Shown here: positions 46,602 to 57,295 of the stretch, in pieces | Position numbering within the stretch: the first letter of the stretch is position 1 | How the letters are laid out: each line of letters begins with the position of its first letter | NCBI GenBank assembly: GCA_965230295.1 | Contig: OZ246001.1 | Span: 3,136,001 to 3,200,000 of the forward strand | Source: Marinicella sp. | Lineage (GTDB): Bacteria; Pseudomonadota; Gammaproteobacteria; Xanthomonadales; Marinicellaceae | DNA: 64,000 bases | Direction: 5' to 3' | The notes under the pieces: model-generated | Databases searched by the model: none | What the model was told of the DNA's origin: nothing | The model's input: only the letters and a program-made list of their open reading frames with translations | Position numbers and translations under genes: made by a program

Positions 46602-47714
46602 ATGAATATGGATCAAAAAAACGGCCTATTGATTGTGGCACTCATGTTGTTGCTGTTTTCTTGTACCAACCACCACCAAACAAAGAAACAAGCTGCTTTC
46701 AAAGCATTCCTCTATGACATCATGATTGAATATCATTTGCCAGGATTGGCCGTGGCAGTCATCAGTGACGGAAAATTAATTGCGGTAGAAGAATTGGGTC
46801 TGCGCAGGGTCGACCTGAACACCCCCATACAAACTAATGACTCATTTCATGTGGGCTCTGTGAGTAAACCCATTTCAACAACTGTCATCGCGACCTTGGT
46901 TGAAGAGGGGATATTAAGTTGGGATACATCAATCAAAGCAGTGTTTCCGGAATTGGTTGGCGTCACACAAAACCAATATCATGATGTCTCAATTAAACAG
47001 CTACTGGCCCACCGAGGTGGAATCCTGGCCTGGGAGGAAGACGAAGAAATTGCTTTATTTAAACCTGAAAAGGGCAGTGCCCGAAATCAGCGGTATGCTG
47101 CTGTGACCTGGTTGTTGAACCAGACGCCTGTGGCTGAACCCGGGACAGCACATGTTTATTCAAATGCCGGTTACATGATTGCCGCAGCGATGGCCGAGAA
47201 GGTCACAGGAAAAGCATGGGAAACTTTGGTGATCGAACGCTTGGCGGTTCCGTTGGACCTTGAAAGTTTAGGCTTTGGCTGGCCTGCCAAAGAGGATGCC
47301 GATCAACCATGGGGCCATTACATGGTTGAAAATAACCCCATACCCCATCACCTGGATGACCTTTATGCTGCCGGACCGTTGTTGGTACCAGCAGGCGACA
47401 TTCACATGAACATCAGGGATTTGGCAAGCATCGCTCAACTGCACTTGGATGGCTTGCAGGAAAAGGCCCGACTATTAAGACCTGAGACCTTTGCTGAATT
47501 ACACAACCCGATGGGAGATTATGCTTTGGGCTGGAATATTCGATCAACAGCCAGCCACCATTTAGGTGGACTTGGCACATTCCTATCGGCAATTTGGATA
47601 TCTGTACCAAGAAACATTGCCGTTGTCATTTCGACCAATACCGATGCAGACAACGCCATTGCATCTAAAATCATCAGTGAATCCATTAAAACTTTCAACA
47701 CCGAAAGCCAATGA
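46602..47714 (+). CDS. serine hydrolase (beta-lactamase class C/AmpC-like), lipoprotein
   Basis: GSVSK (SxxK), LLAHRGG, YSN, HLG; lipobox LLFSC. Confidence 0.9.
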   Translation: MNMDQKNGLLIVALMLLLFSCTNHHQTKKQAAFKAFLYDIMIEYHLPGLAVAVISDGKLIAVEELGLRRVDLNTPIQTNDSFHVGSVSKPISTTVIATLVEEGILSWDTSIKAVFPELVGVTQNQYHDVSIKQLLAHRGGILAWEEDEEIALFKPEKGSARNQRYAAVTWLLNQTPVAEPGTAHVYSNAGYMIAAAMAEKVTGKAWETLVIERLAVPLDLESLGFGWPAKEDADQPWGHYMVENNPIPHHLDDLYAAGPLLVPAGDIHMNIRDLASIAQLHLDGLQEKARLLRPETFAELHNPMGDYALGWNIRSTASHHLGGLGTFLSAIWISVPRNIAVVISTNTDADNAIASKIISESIKTFNTESQ

Positions 47715-47744
47715 TGCGAATCATTGGCAGGCACTACCAGTCAC

Positions 47745-47774
47745 AAAAAAGCCAGCTGAATAAAACTGGCTTTT
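47745..47774. terminator. bidirectional terminator
   Basis: aaaaaagccag-ctgaataaaa-ctggctttt; related to 42721-42755. Confidence 0.75.
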
Positions 47775-47799
47775 CATATCGATATCAAGAAGTTAGTTA

Positions 47800-49422
47800 C
47801 TAATCATCCGACAAAGGATTGGCATTCAGCACACCCCAGACAAAGTCTGATCGGGCCGTATTCAATTGTGTCGTGCCAGGGGTGAAAAACACCGCACGTT
47901 CAGGTGCGCCGTTGGTGACCTTACCGATCCCATCCAAAGATAAATTCATGGTGCCACCGACAGTATTGCCGTTAGGTCCTTGACCATTGGCGCCGGCTTG
48001 CACATGACAGCTCATACACGATGAGGTATTAACAAAACCACCTTCGGTCACCGATGCACCCATGATTACCGGTGAGCCATCGTTGTTGTAATAATTGGTT
48101 TGGGTGCCTTTGAGCCGGTAATTCTGCCAGGCACCACTGCTGACTGTAGGCATGGGGTGTTTACTACTGGCGTGAGTGACTTTCCCTTGGCCAACCTTCA
48201 TGCCTTTGAACAGGGCGGCCAACTGGGGCGTCATGTCAGTCGAAGCGTATTTCTCATTGCGCACAAACAAAGTGTCTTTCAGTTCAGTGGTGATCTGTTT
48301 GGGCGGGATGTAATGACTCATGAATTCACCTTCACTGCCATCCGCCAGTTTCAAAGAGACACTGTATTGAAACCCAAAACTGTCCTTACAGCCGATGTAA
48401 TCACAGCGACCGATGTTATTCACATGTTCGAAAGCAAACCAGTGCCAGTTCGGCAGGGCTTTGGACGCACCGGTGACTGCCACCAGATAATGTGTCTTGA
48501 CCTTCTGGGTGTCAGGATTTTCGATGTTCATGGTGATGTAAGGATGATCCGCATGGTTCATCGGTGTGCTTGGATCATCATCATGATCACTGATGTAACC
48601 CAGTTCCTTCATCACCGTTTCCTCGATAAAATCAACTTTGAACATCACCGCTTCTTGTGGATAACTCACCCCTTGGCCCAGTGGCCGATAAGGTGCTTGA
48701 CTTGCGGCCTGAAACTGCTGTTCTTTAAACACATCGACCAAGCCATTGCTGTGGTACAGATCATTGACCACGCTGTAATTAAAGAACGGTTTGTTGTGAT
48801 ATACGATCTCGGCTTCGGTGTCCCTGGCGACACGCGAAATGTCATCATCCAGCACTTTGGCCTGACTGGCCAGATGCGGCGACAGGCCGTGCTTGTCTTT
48901 GAATTCAGTCAGCTCGATACCACCATTGGCTTTTGGAAACATAGGGCAGTGCGCATCACCACCCGGCGAATTGCCCCGGAATGTGGTCTTACCCGTCTTC
49001 TTATTCAATTCACAACAATCAGTAGAACCTTTATCGGCACAGTAGGCTTTGGGTTTCTGTACCCAGATTTGTTGATCAGTCGCCCAATTGGTCCAGAATT
49101 CCGCTTTCACCGCAGCCAGAAAATGCTTCCAGGCAAAAGCATCCGGACAGGCCATCGCCGGACTGCTGATGTCATTAAAAACCACTTCGCCTTTGCGCAC
49201 CCTGACCGCATCTTTACAATTGGCCGCATCCCGTACCTGACTCTTGAAATACATCGCCTGATCGATACTCGATGGCGAACCCCCAGCGATGGCCAGGCTC
49301 AAAACAGAACCAGACATAACCACCACCAGCCCAAAGACCATCAGTTTTTTTAACTGAGACAAAGAGCCTTTCCATAAGCCCGATTGAATACTCCCATTTG
49401 AAACTTTTTGATTGATACTCAT
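47800..49422 (-). CDS. exported Cys-rich protein with one C-terminal CxxCH heme-binding motif
   Basis: N-terminal hydrophobic segment; CPDAFAW, WHWFAFEH, WQNYRLKGTQ, SSCMSCHVQA; GGGGGA RBS. Confidence 0.8.
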   Translation of the reverse strand: MSINQKVSNGSIQSGLWKGSLSQLKKLMVFGLVVVMSGSVLSLAIAGGSPSSIDQAMYFKSQVRDAANCKDAVRVRKGEVVFNDISSPAMACPDAFAWKHFLAAVKAEFWTNWATDQQIWVQKPKAYCADKGSTDCCELNKKTGKTTFRGNSPGGDAHCPMFPKANGGIELTEFKDKHGLSPHLASQAKVLDDDISRVARDTEAEIVYHNKPFFNYSVVNDLYHSNGLVDVFKEQQFQAASQAPYRPLGQGVSYPQEAVMFKVDFIEETVMKELGYISDHDDDPSTPMNHADHPYITMNIENPDTQKVKTHYLVAVTGASKALPNWHWFAFEHVNNIGRCDYIGCKDSFGFQYSVSLKLADGSEGEFMSHYIPPKQITTELKDTLFVRNEKYASTDMTPQLAALFKGMKVGQGKVTHASSKHPMPTVSSGAWQNYRLKGTQTNYYNNDGSPVIMGASVTEGGFVNTSSCMSCHVQAGANGQGPNGNTVGGTMNLSLDGIGKVTNGAPERAVFFTPGTTQLNTARSDFVWGVLNANPLSDD

Positions 49423-49968
49423 ACTTCCCCCTTAATATTAATGATTAATGTTAGCGAAGGAAATGCCAATCAGAATTCACCCATTAAAACTTCCCCGCTA
49501 ATTTATTATACATAAAAGGAGATGTTATATTGGCGGTTATGTCTAGAAGATAAAACGTGCACTTACATATTTAGAAGGCCACAAACTCAAATCAAATCCA
49601 AGACGGTATTTGTCGGCTTCATTTCTGATCCAGGACGTTTGTTGTCGGCATAAGATGAGTGTTTGCAGCCTAGTAAAATTATTGCGATTTACAGTGCTAC
49701 TTGAAATAGAATTTTTCTGAAATATAAGTCAATATAATATTACAGAACTTCATTGAAATTAATGATTTAATGAAAACTGATTCATTTAATCATCTTAATT
49801 GTACGTTCATTAGGAATCGAAACTGTTCAGTACTTTTGGTAATTTTTACATCGTATTTTTGATGAAAGCATAATATTCTAGTACTTACTTTGATTTATAT
49901 GGACAGTGTGATGCAATTGTATTCAATTAATGATTGCATGAGTTAGAATCAAATCATGGAGGGATTTT

Positions 49969-52584
49969 ATGGATTTTGAAAAAACTTTACCTGTCAGTTA
50001 TTTGTTGTTTACCCGCAAGGGGCGAATTGATCGGCTGACATTCTGGAACTTACAGCTGTTTATCTGGCTTGCTTTTTACGTGTTATTCAATGCGTTTGAT
50101 TCTTGGTTTGGATTTAGTTCGACTTGGCTGTTATACCCACTGTTGTTTTGGTCTTTGTATTGTTGTGGTGCCAAACGCATACATGACATGAATGTATCTG
50201 CCTGGTGGTTGTCTCTGGCGGTGATTCCTGTGGTTGGGCCTTTGGTCTTGTTATTGGCATTGGGGTTTAAAAAGGGCAAATCTTTACGCAATCGATATGG
50301 AAACCAGCCAGGAACAGTGGATGAGTACTTGACGGTCGAAGCGGTTAGCGAAATTGATCATTTGCAGTCAGGTGAAAAGATTATCAATGACGTGACGCAG
50401 TTGAATCCTGTGCTCGTTTCTCAGGTGGTCGTGCCCAAGACTATCGATGAGATCAAAGAGGTACTAACAGGTACAGACCAGCCGGTATCTGTGGGTGGTG
50501 GGCATTTCAGTATGGGTGGTCAAACCGCCAGTGCCGGTACCATTCATTTGGACATGCGACAAATGAATGCCATCTTAGATTTTTCAGAACAAGACAAAAC
50601 CATCAAGGTCGAACCTGGCGTTCGTTGGTGTGACATTCAAAGGCATGTCGATCCCTATGATTTGAGTGTGATGATCATGCAAACCTATGCCAATTTCACT
50701 GTAGGCGGCTCGCTGAGTGTGAATGTACATGGCCGATATGTGGGATTAGGCCCTTTGATTTTATCGGTTAATTCAATAGATGTGATGTTGGCTGATGGCG
50801 CTGTGGTCCATGCCACGCCTGATGAAAACAGTGAAGTGTTTTATGGCATGATCGGTGGCTACAATGCGCTGGGCATTATCGTGGCGGCTGAATTGAAGTT
50901 GGCCGACAACGTTAAGGTCGAACGGACTTCCCAAAGGCTAAACACCGATGAATACCATTCGATGTTCAAGCAAGAGGTCAGGGAAAATAAGCAAGCCATC
51001 TTCCACAATGGTGACATGTATCCACCGAAGTTCGAACGGGTCAATGCAGTGACCTGGTCGGAAACCAAGCGCAAAGCGACCACTGGATCACGATTGATGC
51101 CTCTGCAAGATGCTTATCCTTTAGAGCGGTACTTTTTCTGGTTATTCTCTGAGACTTACAGCGGCCATCGCATCAGAAGATACCTGTTAGATCCTTTGTT
51201 ATACCTCAAGAAAAAGGTTCACTGGCGTAATTACGAGGCTGGGTACGATGTGTTTGAATTGGAGCCAGAAACCAGAAAACACCGCACTTATGTGCTGCAA
51301 GAATATTTTGTGCCGGTTGAAAAGTTCGATGAATTCACACCGTTGATGACTGAGATTTTTACCAGACACCAAGTCAATGTGGTCAATATTTCGATCCGCC
51401 ATGCCGCGCCGGATTCTGGCAGCCTCATGGCTTGGGCCACAGAGGAAGTGTATGCCTTCGTGGTGTACTACAAACAACGCACCCGAGAAAATGCCAAGGG
51501 CAGGGTAGCCGTGTGGACTCGCGAGTTGATCGATGCTGTGCTGGCATGTGGTGGTAGTTACTATTTACCTTATCAACCGCACGCCACACCAGCACAGTTT
51601 CATCAAGCTTATCCAGGTGCGAAGCAGCTGTTTAAGTTAAAACAAGAGATGGATCCGGATTATCGTTTCAGGAATGTGCTTTGGGACACCTATTATCGAT
51701 CAGGCTCAGAGCGAAATGAAGGGTATATGGGACCATCAGAATTCAGGGGCGTATTCAATAAAACAGAATCCAGAGATGCCTTCTATCGATTCTTACAAGT
51801 GGTGTTTCGCTTATACCCGGAGGATCGTTTTCATTTGTTGGTCGATCAAAGGGTTGGACAGTATGAAACTGATGAAGAGATCTATAAAGACATACAAAAA
51901 CAGTTGCCTTCTATTCAACCGTTCTTATCAGATTTAACCTACGGCTTACCGGCTTTGAAAAAGCAGAAGCAAGTGATGGCTGAACAGACCCTGCATCTTT
52001 TAGGTAACAAAACGACCATCAATGGTTACTTGGAAATCGGTTCAACCGGCCGTTATGTCAGTGCTTTGAAGAAGTCGGTTAAAGTGCATGAACCGATTTA
52101 TCTGATGAGTGAAAACACACCTGACTATTCAGTGGGTGAAATCTTCGAGCGAGGCGGCATTAAAAAATTGGGTGAGCACTTACCACTGGATTACCAACCG
52201 CTGGATCCTGATGTGATCAAGCCTGAAAGTCTGGATGTGATCACTTGTTACATTGGATTACACCATTGTCCAGTAGAAGTTTTACCGGACTTTGTGGCAT
52301 CTATTCACCGTGCTTTGCGACCTGGTGGGTTGTTGATCCTGCGAGATCATGATGCAGGAACTGAAGAGATGAAAACCTTTGTGGCTTTGGTTCATACCGT
52401 GTTTAATCTAGGGACCGGTGAAAGTTGGGACTACAACGCCGATGAGTACCGTAATTTCCAAGGACTCGATTATTGGGTGGATTTACTCGAAAGTCATGGA
52501 TTCAAAGACCACAAACACCGTTTTTATCAGCACAAAGACCCATCAGATAATGTGCTGATGGCATTCAGCAAGGAGGCATCATGA
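49969..52584 (+). CDS. DUF805 membrane domain + FAD-linked oxidase + class I SAM methyltransferase-like fusion
   Basis: GRIDR..FW and KRIHD..SAWW...IPVVG (DUF805); GGGHFSMGGQ and TVGGSLSVNVHG (FAD_binding_4); LEIGSTG, IGLHH, LRPGG.LILRDHD (methyltransferase). Confidence 0.88.
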   Translation: MDFEKTLPVSYLLFTRKGRIDRLTFWNLQLFIWLAFYVLFNAFDSWFGFSSTWLLYPLLFWSLYCCGAKRIHDMNVSAWWLSLAVIPVVGPLVLLLALGFKKGKSLRNRYGNQPGTVDEYLTVEAVSEIDHLQSGEKIINDVTQLNPVLVSQVVVPKTIDEIKEVLTGTDQPVSVGGGHFSMGGQTASAGTIHLDMRQMNAILDFSEQDKTIKVEPGVRWCDIQRHVDPYDLSVMIMQTYANFTVGGSLSVNVHGRYVGLGPLILSVNSIDVMLADGAVVHATPDENSEVFYGMIGGYNALGIIVAAELKLADNVKVERTSQRLNTDEYHSMFKQEVRENKQAIFHNGDMYPPKFERVNAVTWSETKRKATTGSRLMPLQDAYPLERYFFWLFSETYSGHRIRRYLLDPLLYLKKKVHWRNYEAGYDVFELEPETRKHRTYVLQEYFVPVEKFDEFTPLMTEIFTRHQVNVVNISIRHAAPDSGSLMAWATEEVYAFVVYYKQRTRENAKGRVAVWTRELIDAVLACGGSYYLPYQPHATPAQFHQAYPGAKQLFKLKQEMDPDYRFRNVLWDTYYRSGSERNEGYMGPSEFRGVFNKTESRDAFYRFLQVVFRLYPEDRFHLLVDQRVGQYETDEEIYKDIQKQLPSIQPFLSDLTYGLPALKKQKQVMAEQTLHLLGNKTTINGYLEIGSTGRYVSALKKSVKVHEPIYLMSENTPDYSVGEIFERGGIKKLGEHLPLDYQPLDPDVIKPESLDVITCYIGLHHCPVEVLPDFVASIHRALRPGGLLILRDHDAGTEEMKTFVALVHTVFNLGTGESWDYNADEYRNFQGLDYWVDLLESHGFKDHKHRFYQHKDPSDNVLMAFSKEAS

Positions 52585-53666
52585 ATCGATTAAGACTCTT
52601 AACTTTGGTGGTGATGATTTTGGCAATCGCTACCTGGTACTTGAAACAAGACGACTCATTGACTGTCACTGAAGCGTCTGGTCTGGTGGTGGATGCCAGT
52701 TGGATGGTGCCTTTGGATAACCCACTCACGCCTGAATCTTACCGAAGACCGCCAGATCAAACCTTCTTGACCTATCCAGAGTGGTTTTTGGTTCACAGTC
52801 CAGCTGAAATGGCAGAATCCTTTAGAGCCCAAACTTCTACAGGCTTTCCATACAAAGAACATGTCAGCCAAATCTGGGGTAGCTATACGGTGATCAATGA
52901 TCAGATCAATGAGACATTTCCATACAATGATGAGTATCACATGATGATCAAAGTGATCGGTGTGAGTTCAACCATTGAATACTGGCTGCGACAGGTTTAC
53001 GAAGTGGTCATTGGGCGATTGACAGATACAGAAAAGCCCATCACCGCAGAAGATCAGTTCAATCAACAATACATCCATGACTATGTGACATTCATTCATG
53101 AGAAACCCTGGTATCTGTATGACTTCAATGCACAACTTAAGAAGCTTTGGTCAGATACTCCCTTGTGGGGCGATCACATGTTCAGGAAACTGGAGCGCCG
53201 TTATATCCTGACTTCTGAACTGCTGGTGAAAAGTGCTTATGGCTATTTGATCGGTGTGGGTACCAAAGAATTGTATGGTACAGCAGCATCAACCACTGCA
53301 GTGGTGGTTAATAACTTAAATCAAGCACAACTGTCTGATCACAATGTAGTCGAGAGCTACTCTGACACCAAACACTTGGTCGAACTGCCCAGATACCGCC
53401 CATTCAAACAAGCCGCCATAAATATTGCGAAAGCGGGAGGCGAGTTTGAAGAAATCGCAGGGAACAATTCAGCGATCTTATTAACGGTATTAACGGGTCA
53501 AGAGTGGAATGACGATACCAAAACCAAAGTAATCTTTAACCAACCCTTACCATCTAATCCTGAGCTAAATCGGCTGGCGATAGTCACGCCTGTGCCTTAT
53601 TTGCATGAGTTGTTACTTCGATTAGATGATTCAGGAACGGAGATCGAGCATTTGTATGATTTTTGA
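52581..53666 (+). CDS. hypothetical exported partner of the FAD oxidase
   Basis: ATGA overlap with the upstream stop; N-terminal TM; QTFLTYPEW motif; ends EHLYDF. Confidence 0.8.
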   Translation: MNRLRLLTLVVMILAIATWYLKQDDSLTVTEASGLVVDASWMVPLDNPLTPESYRRPPDQTFLTYPEWFLVHSPAEMAESFRAQTSTGFPYKEHVSQIWGSYTVINDQINETFPYNDEYHMMIKVIGVSSTIEYWLRQVYEVVIGRLTDTEKPITAEDQFNQQYIHDYVTFIHEKPWYLYDFNAQLKKLWSDTPLWGDHMFRKLERRYILTSELLVKSAYGYLIGVGTKELYGTAASTTAVVVNNLNQAQLSDHNVVESYSDTKHLVELPRYRPFKQAAINIAKAGGEFEEIAGNNSAILLTVLTGQEWNDDTKTKVIFNQPLPSNPELNRLAIVTPVPYLHELLLRLDDSGTEIEHLYDF

Positions 53667-53843
53667 TAATGGGTTTAATTTAGGCCAATAATTTAAAAAG
53701 TTGTGTTCATTGGTGTACCCGTTGATAAATCATCTTCCTTTCGGTATGATCACTTGATTATGTGTGAATCATAAAGGACGACCTATTCAATGACCGAAGA
53801 TAAGAAGAAAAACCATAATACTCAACTTTGTGGAGTATGACCA

Positions 53844-56800
53844 TTGAGTAAGGGTTTTCAGTCAAATTTTGAATTCCTATCTGAATATAGTTCCGTTTTT
53901 AGTGATCTCGGCTATTCAGCCGAAATCAATTTCGTACCTGATCCCAATGTTTCATTAGTTAAACTAAGACAATTGGGAGAACTTTTAGCTTCAGAAATTG
54001 CAGCAAGAATTGGTATAGAACTAAATGATGAAATGCGCCAAGTTGATTTGTTGCGCCAAATAGATTTTAAAATGCGCCTAAATAGCAATATACGTGATGC
54101 ATTTCATAATCTTCGTAAAATTGGTAATAAGGCTGTTCATGATTTTCAATCTAGCACACACAGAGATGCATTAATTGCTTTAAATCTGGCATATATGCTT
54201 TCCGGCTGGTTTTACAGAGAGTTTGGAGGACCAAAAGGTGATAGTTTTAAGCTTGGAAAGTTTGTCAAACCTCAAGATCCTTCTGAAAATGTTAGAGATT
54301 TAGAAGAAAGAATACTTATATTAGAAAATTCAAGAATCAAAGACACTGAAAGGATCAAAAAAGCCAAAGCTCTTGAAGTCATACAAAAAGAGAAGCTTGA
54401 AGCAGAAAGAATAAGAAATGCAAAAATGCAATCCGAAAAAGAAATATTTGAGGAATTGGCATTAGAGGCAGAGCAAAAACTAGAACAAACCATAAAAGAA
54501 TTTGAATCCAATCAAATAGAGAAAGCACAAAGCTTCAATCAAAAAACAGCAGAAGAACAAAAAGAGTTCCTCGAGCTTATCGAAAACTCAACTTTAGACC
54601 TCTCAGAAGCTGACACCAGGATAATCATCGATCAACAATTGATCAATGCTGGGTGGGAAGCTGATACAGAAAACATAAGGTATTCAAAAGGATCAAAACC
54701 AGAAGCCAATCGCAACAAAGCCATCGCCGAATGGCCTACGGCCAGTGGACCGGCTGACTATGTGTTGTTTATGGGTTTAACTCCTGTAGCTGTTATTGAA
54801 GCCAAAAAGAAAATCAGAAATGTCTATGCTGATATAGATCAAGCCAAAAGATATTCCAAAGATTTTTTCACCAAAGACATTTGTGTGATCGAACAAAACT
54901 ATGGAGAGTATAAGATTCCTCTGGCTTACTCAACCAATGGAAGACCTTTCTTAAAGCAACTTGAACAAGAAAGTGGAATTTGGTTTTTGGATACAAGAGA
55001 GCCAACCAATCAGCGTCGAGTGCTACAAGGTTGGTATTCACCTGAAGAAATTAAAGAATACCTAAAACAAGATATACAGGGAGCAGAGAACAAGCTCAAT
55101 GAGATGGATTTCAACTATGACTTTACTCTCAGACCTTATCAGATAAAAGCCATCCAAGCTGTTGAATCATCTATACAACAAGGTGACCCAACCGCATTGG
55201 TCGCTATGGCTACAGGAACTGGAAAAACAAAAACCAGTATCGCACTGGTCTACCGATTGCTTAAATCAGAAAGATTCAGAAGAATACTGTTTTTGGTTGA
55301 TCGATCTGCTCTCGGTGAACAAGCAGCCGACTCGTTCAAAGAAACACGCATGGAAAACCTCAATACATTTGCAGATATATTTGGTTTAAAAGAATTAACA
55401 GATAAAAGCCCCGACACAGACACCAAAGTACAAATCGCTACAGTGCAAGGCATGGTTAAACGAATTTTTTATAATGATGGGGAGCAGATAAAACCAAGTG
55501 TTGGCCAGTACGATTGTATCGTCGTTGATGAATGTCATCGAGGCTATCTACTCGACAGGGAAATGGGCGAAACCGAACTTGAATTTCGAAATCAATCAGA
55601 CTACATCTCAAAGTACCGTTCTGTGATTGAGTACTTTGATGCTTTTAGAATCGGTTTAACAGCGACTCCTGCACTGCACACTTCAGAAATATTTGGCAAT
55701 CCTGTCTTTAACTACACCTATACAGAAGCTGTAGTCGATGGCTTTCTATCTGACCATCTACCGCCAATCAGAATCATCACAAAATTGGCACAAGATGGCA
55801 TAAAATATGAAGTGAATGAAGAAGTCCAAGTCTATGATCCACAAACAAATCAATTAGAGCTATTCAACACTCCTGATGAACTTGATTTTGATGTGTCTCA
55901 ATTTAATCGGAGTGTTATCAATGAAAACTTTAATTTAGCAGTGATCAAACATCTCATTGAAAATGATCTAATTGATCCTTATCAAGAATCAAAAACTTTG
56001 GTGTTTTGTGTGACTGACAAACATGCAGACATGGTAGTAGAACTTTTTCATAGGGTTTGTGATGAATACCACGGAGGAGTGGATGATGGAGCCATTCAAA
56101 AAATAACGGGTAATAGCGACAAGCCCTTAGAAAAAATTCGTTACTTCAAAAATGACAGGTTGCCCAATATCGCAGTTACAGTTGATCTTCTTACCACTGG
56201 AGTCGATGTGCCAAAGATCTGTAACTTAGTTTTCTTAAGAAGGGTTAATTCTCGTATTTTGTTTGAACAAATGCTTGGTAGAGCCACACGTCGTTGTGAT
56301 GAAATAGGAAAAGAAACATTTCGAATTTTTGATGCTGTAGATATCTACGAAAAACTGGAAGAAACCAGCAGCATGAAACCGGTGGCTACAGATCCTAAGA
56401 TAACGTTTACTCAATTAGAAGGAGAGCTGAGCAATCCTGAGCAAAGCGATCACCAGCAATTAGCCAAGGATCAATTTCTAGCCAAACTTCAACGCAAAAA
56501 AAGACACCTGACAGACCAACAAAAACACAAGTTTGAAACTGTTGCTGGACAATCACCCGAGGCCTTTATCGAAGACTTAAAATCAATGGATGTCAAGACC
56601 ATTGCAGAATGGTTCACTCAGCATCCAGGGTTAGGGGAGTTGTTAGATGCTCGTTATGGTGATAAACAGCTCAGGCCAGTGATCATTTCTGATCATGAAG
56701 ATAAAGTAGTGAATGTTGCTCATGGTTATGGAGACGGACAAAAGCCTGAAGATTACCTCAAAGCTTTCGAAAAATTTATCAAAGCCAACTCCAATCGCAT

Positions 56801-57245
56801 GCAAGCCTTACAATTAGTTGTCACCAGACCGTGGGAATTGACTCGAGAAAGTTTGAAAGAATTGGCCGTAGAATTGGATTTAAATGCCTTTCGTGAGCAA
56901 GATTTAAAAACAGCATGGTATGAAGCCACCAACCAAGACATCGCAGCACGCATTATTGGGTTCATTCGACAAGCTGCCATTGGAGAACCGCTAAAACCCT
57001 GGGAAGATCGAGTCAATAAAGCCTTAGAAATTTTGCTTGCCAGTAAAGACTGGAGCACACCCCAGAAAAAATGGTTACAAGCCATAGCCAATCAAACCAT
57101 TGCAACCATAATCGTAGACACCAAGGCTTTGGATCACGGCTATCTCAAAGATCAACTGGGAGGAATACGCCGTGCGAATAAGTTATTTGATAATAAAATT
57201 GAAGACATATTGATTAACTTTAACAAATCATTATGGAAGTCATAA
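53844..57245 (+). CDS. hsdR: type I restriction endonuclease R subunit (EcoKI-like)
   Basis: ADYVLF...VIEAKK nuclease; MATGTGKT; DECHRG; GLTATP; QMLGRATR. Confidence 0.95.
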   Translation: MSKGFQSNFEFLSEYSSVFSDLGYSAEINFVPDPNVSLVKLRQLGELLASEIAARIGIELNDEMRQVDLLRQIDFKMRLNSNIRDAFHNLRKIGNKAVHDFQSSTHRDALIALNLAYMLSGWFYREFGGPKGDSFKLGKFVKPQDPSENVRDLEERILILENSRIKDTERIKKAKALEVIQKEKLEAERIRNAKMQSEKEIFEELALEAEQKLEQTIKEFESNQIEKAQSFNQKTAEEQKEFLELIENSTLDLSEADTRIIIDQQLINAGWEADTENIRYSKGSKPEANRNKAIAEWPTASGPADYVLFMGLTPVAVIEAKKKIRNVYADIDQAKRYSKDFFTKDICVIEQNYGEYKIPLAYSTNGRPFLKQLEQESGIWFLDTREPTNQRRVLQGWYSPEEIKEYLKQDIQGAENKLNEMDFNYDFTLRPYQIKAIQAVESSIQQGDPTALVAMATGTGKTKTSIALVYRLLKSERFRRILFLVDRSALGEQAADSFKETRMENLNTFADIFGLKELTDKSPDTDTKVQIATVQGMVKRIFYNDGEQIKPSVGQYDCIVVDECHRGYLLDREMGETELEFRNQSDYISKYRSVIEYFDAFRIGLTATPALHTSEIFGNPVFNYTYTEAVVDGFLSDHLPPIRIITKLAQDGIKYEVNEEVQVYDPQTNQLELFNTPDELDFDVSQFNRSVINENFNLAVIKHLIENDLIDPYQESKTLVFCVTDKHADMVVELFHRVCDEYHGGVDDGAIQKITGNSDKPLEKIRYFKNDRLPNIAVTVDLLTTGVDVPKICNLVFLRRVNSRILFEQMLGRATRRCDEIGKETFRIFDAVDIYEKLEETSSMKPVATDPKITFTQLEGELSNPEQSDHQQLAKDQFLAKLQRKKRHLTDQQKHKFETVAGQSPEAFIEDLKSMDVKTIAEWFTQHPGLGELLDARYGDKQLRPVIISDHEDKVVNVAHGYGDGQKPEDYLKAFEKFIKANSNRMQALQLVVTRPWELTRESLKELAVELDLNAFREQDLKTAWYEATNQDIAARIIGFIRQAAIGEPLKPWEDRVNKALEILLASKDWSTPQKKWLQAIANQTIATIIVDTKALDHGYLKDQLGGIRRANKLFDNKIEDILINFNKSLWKS

Positions 57246-57295
57246 TGAGAATAAACATTCATTAACTAAAACAAAACGAAGGAAAAACAAACTCA

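Noticed and set aside
48100-49353. 417-aa antisense ORF
   Set aside because: Shadow frame of the CxxCH gene, with no motifs; other antisense ORFs inside the large genes were dismissed for the same reason.
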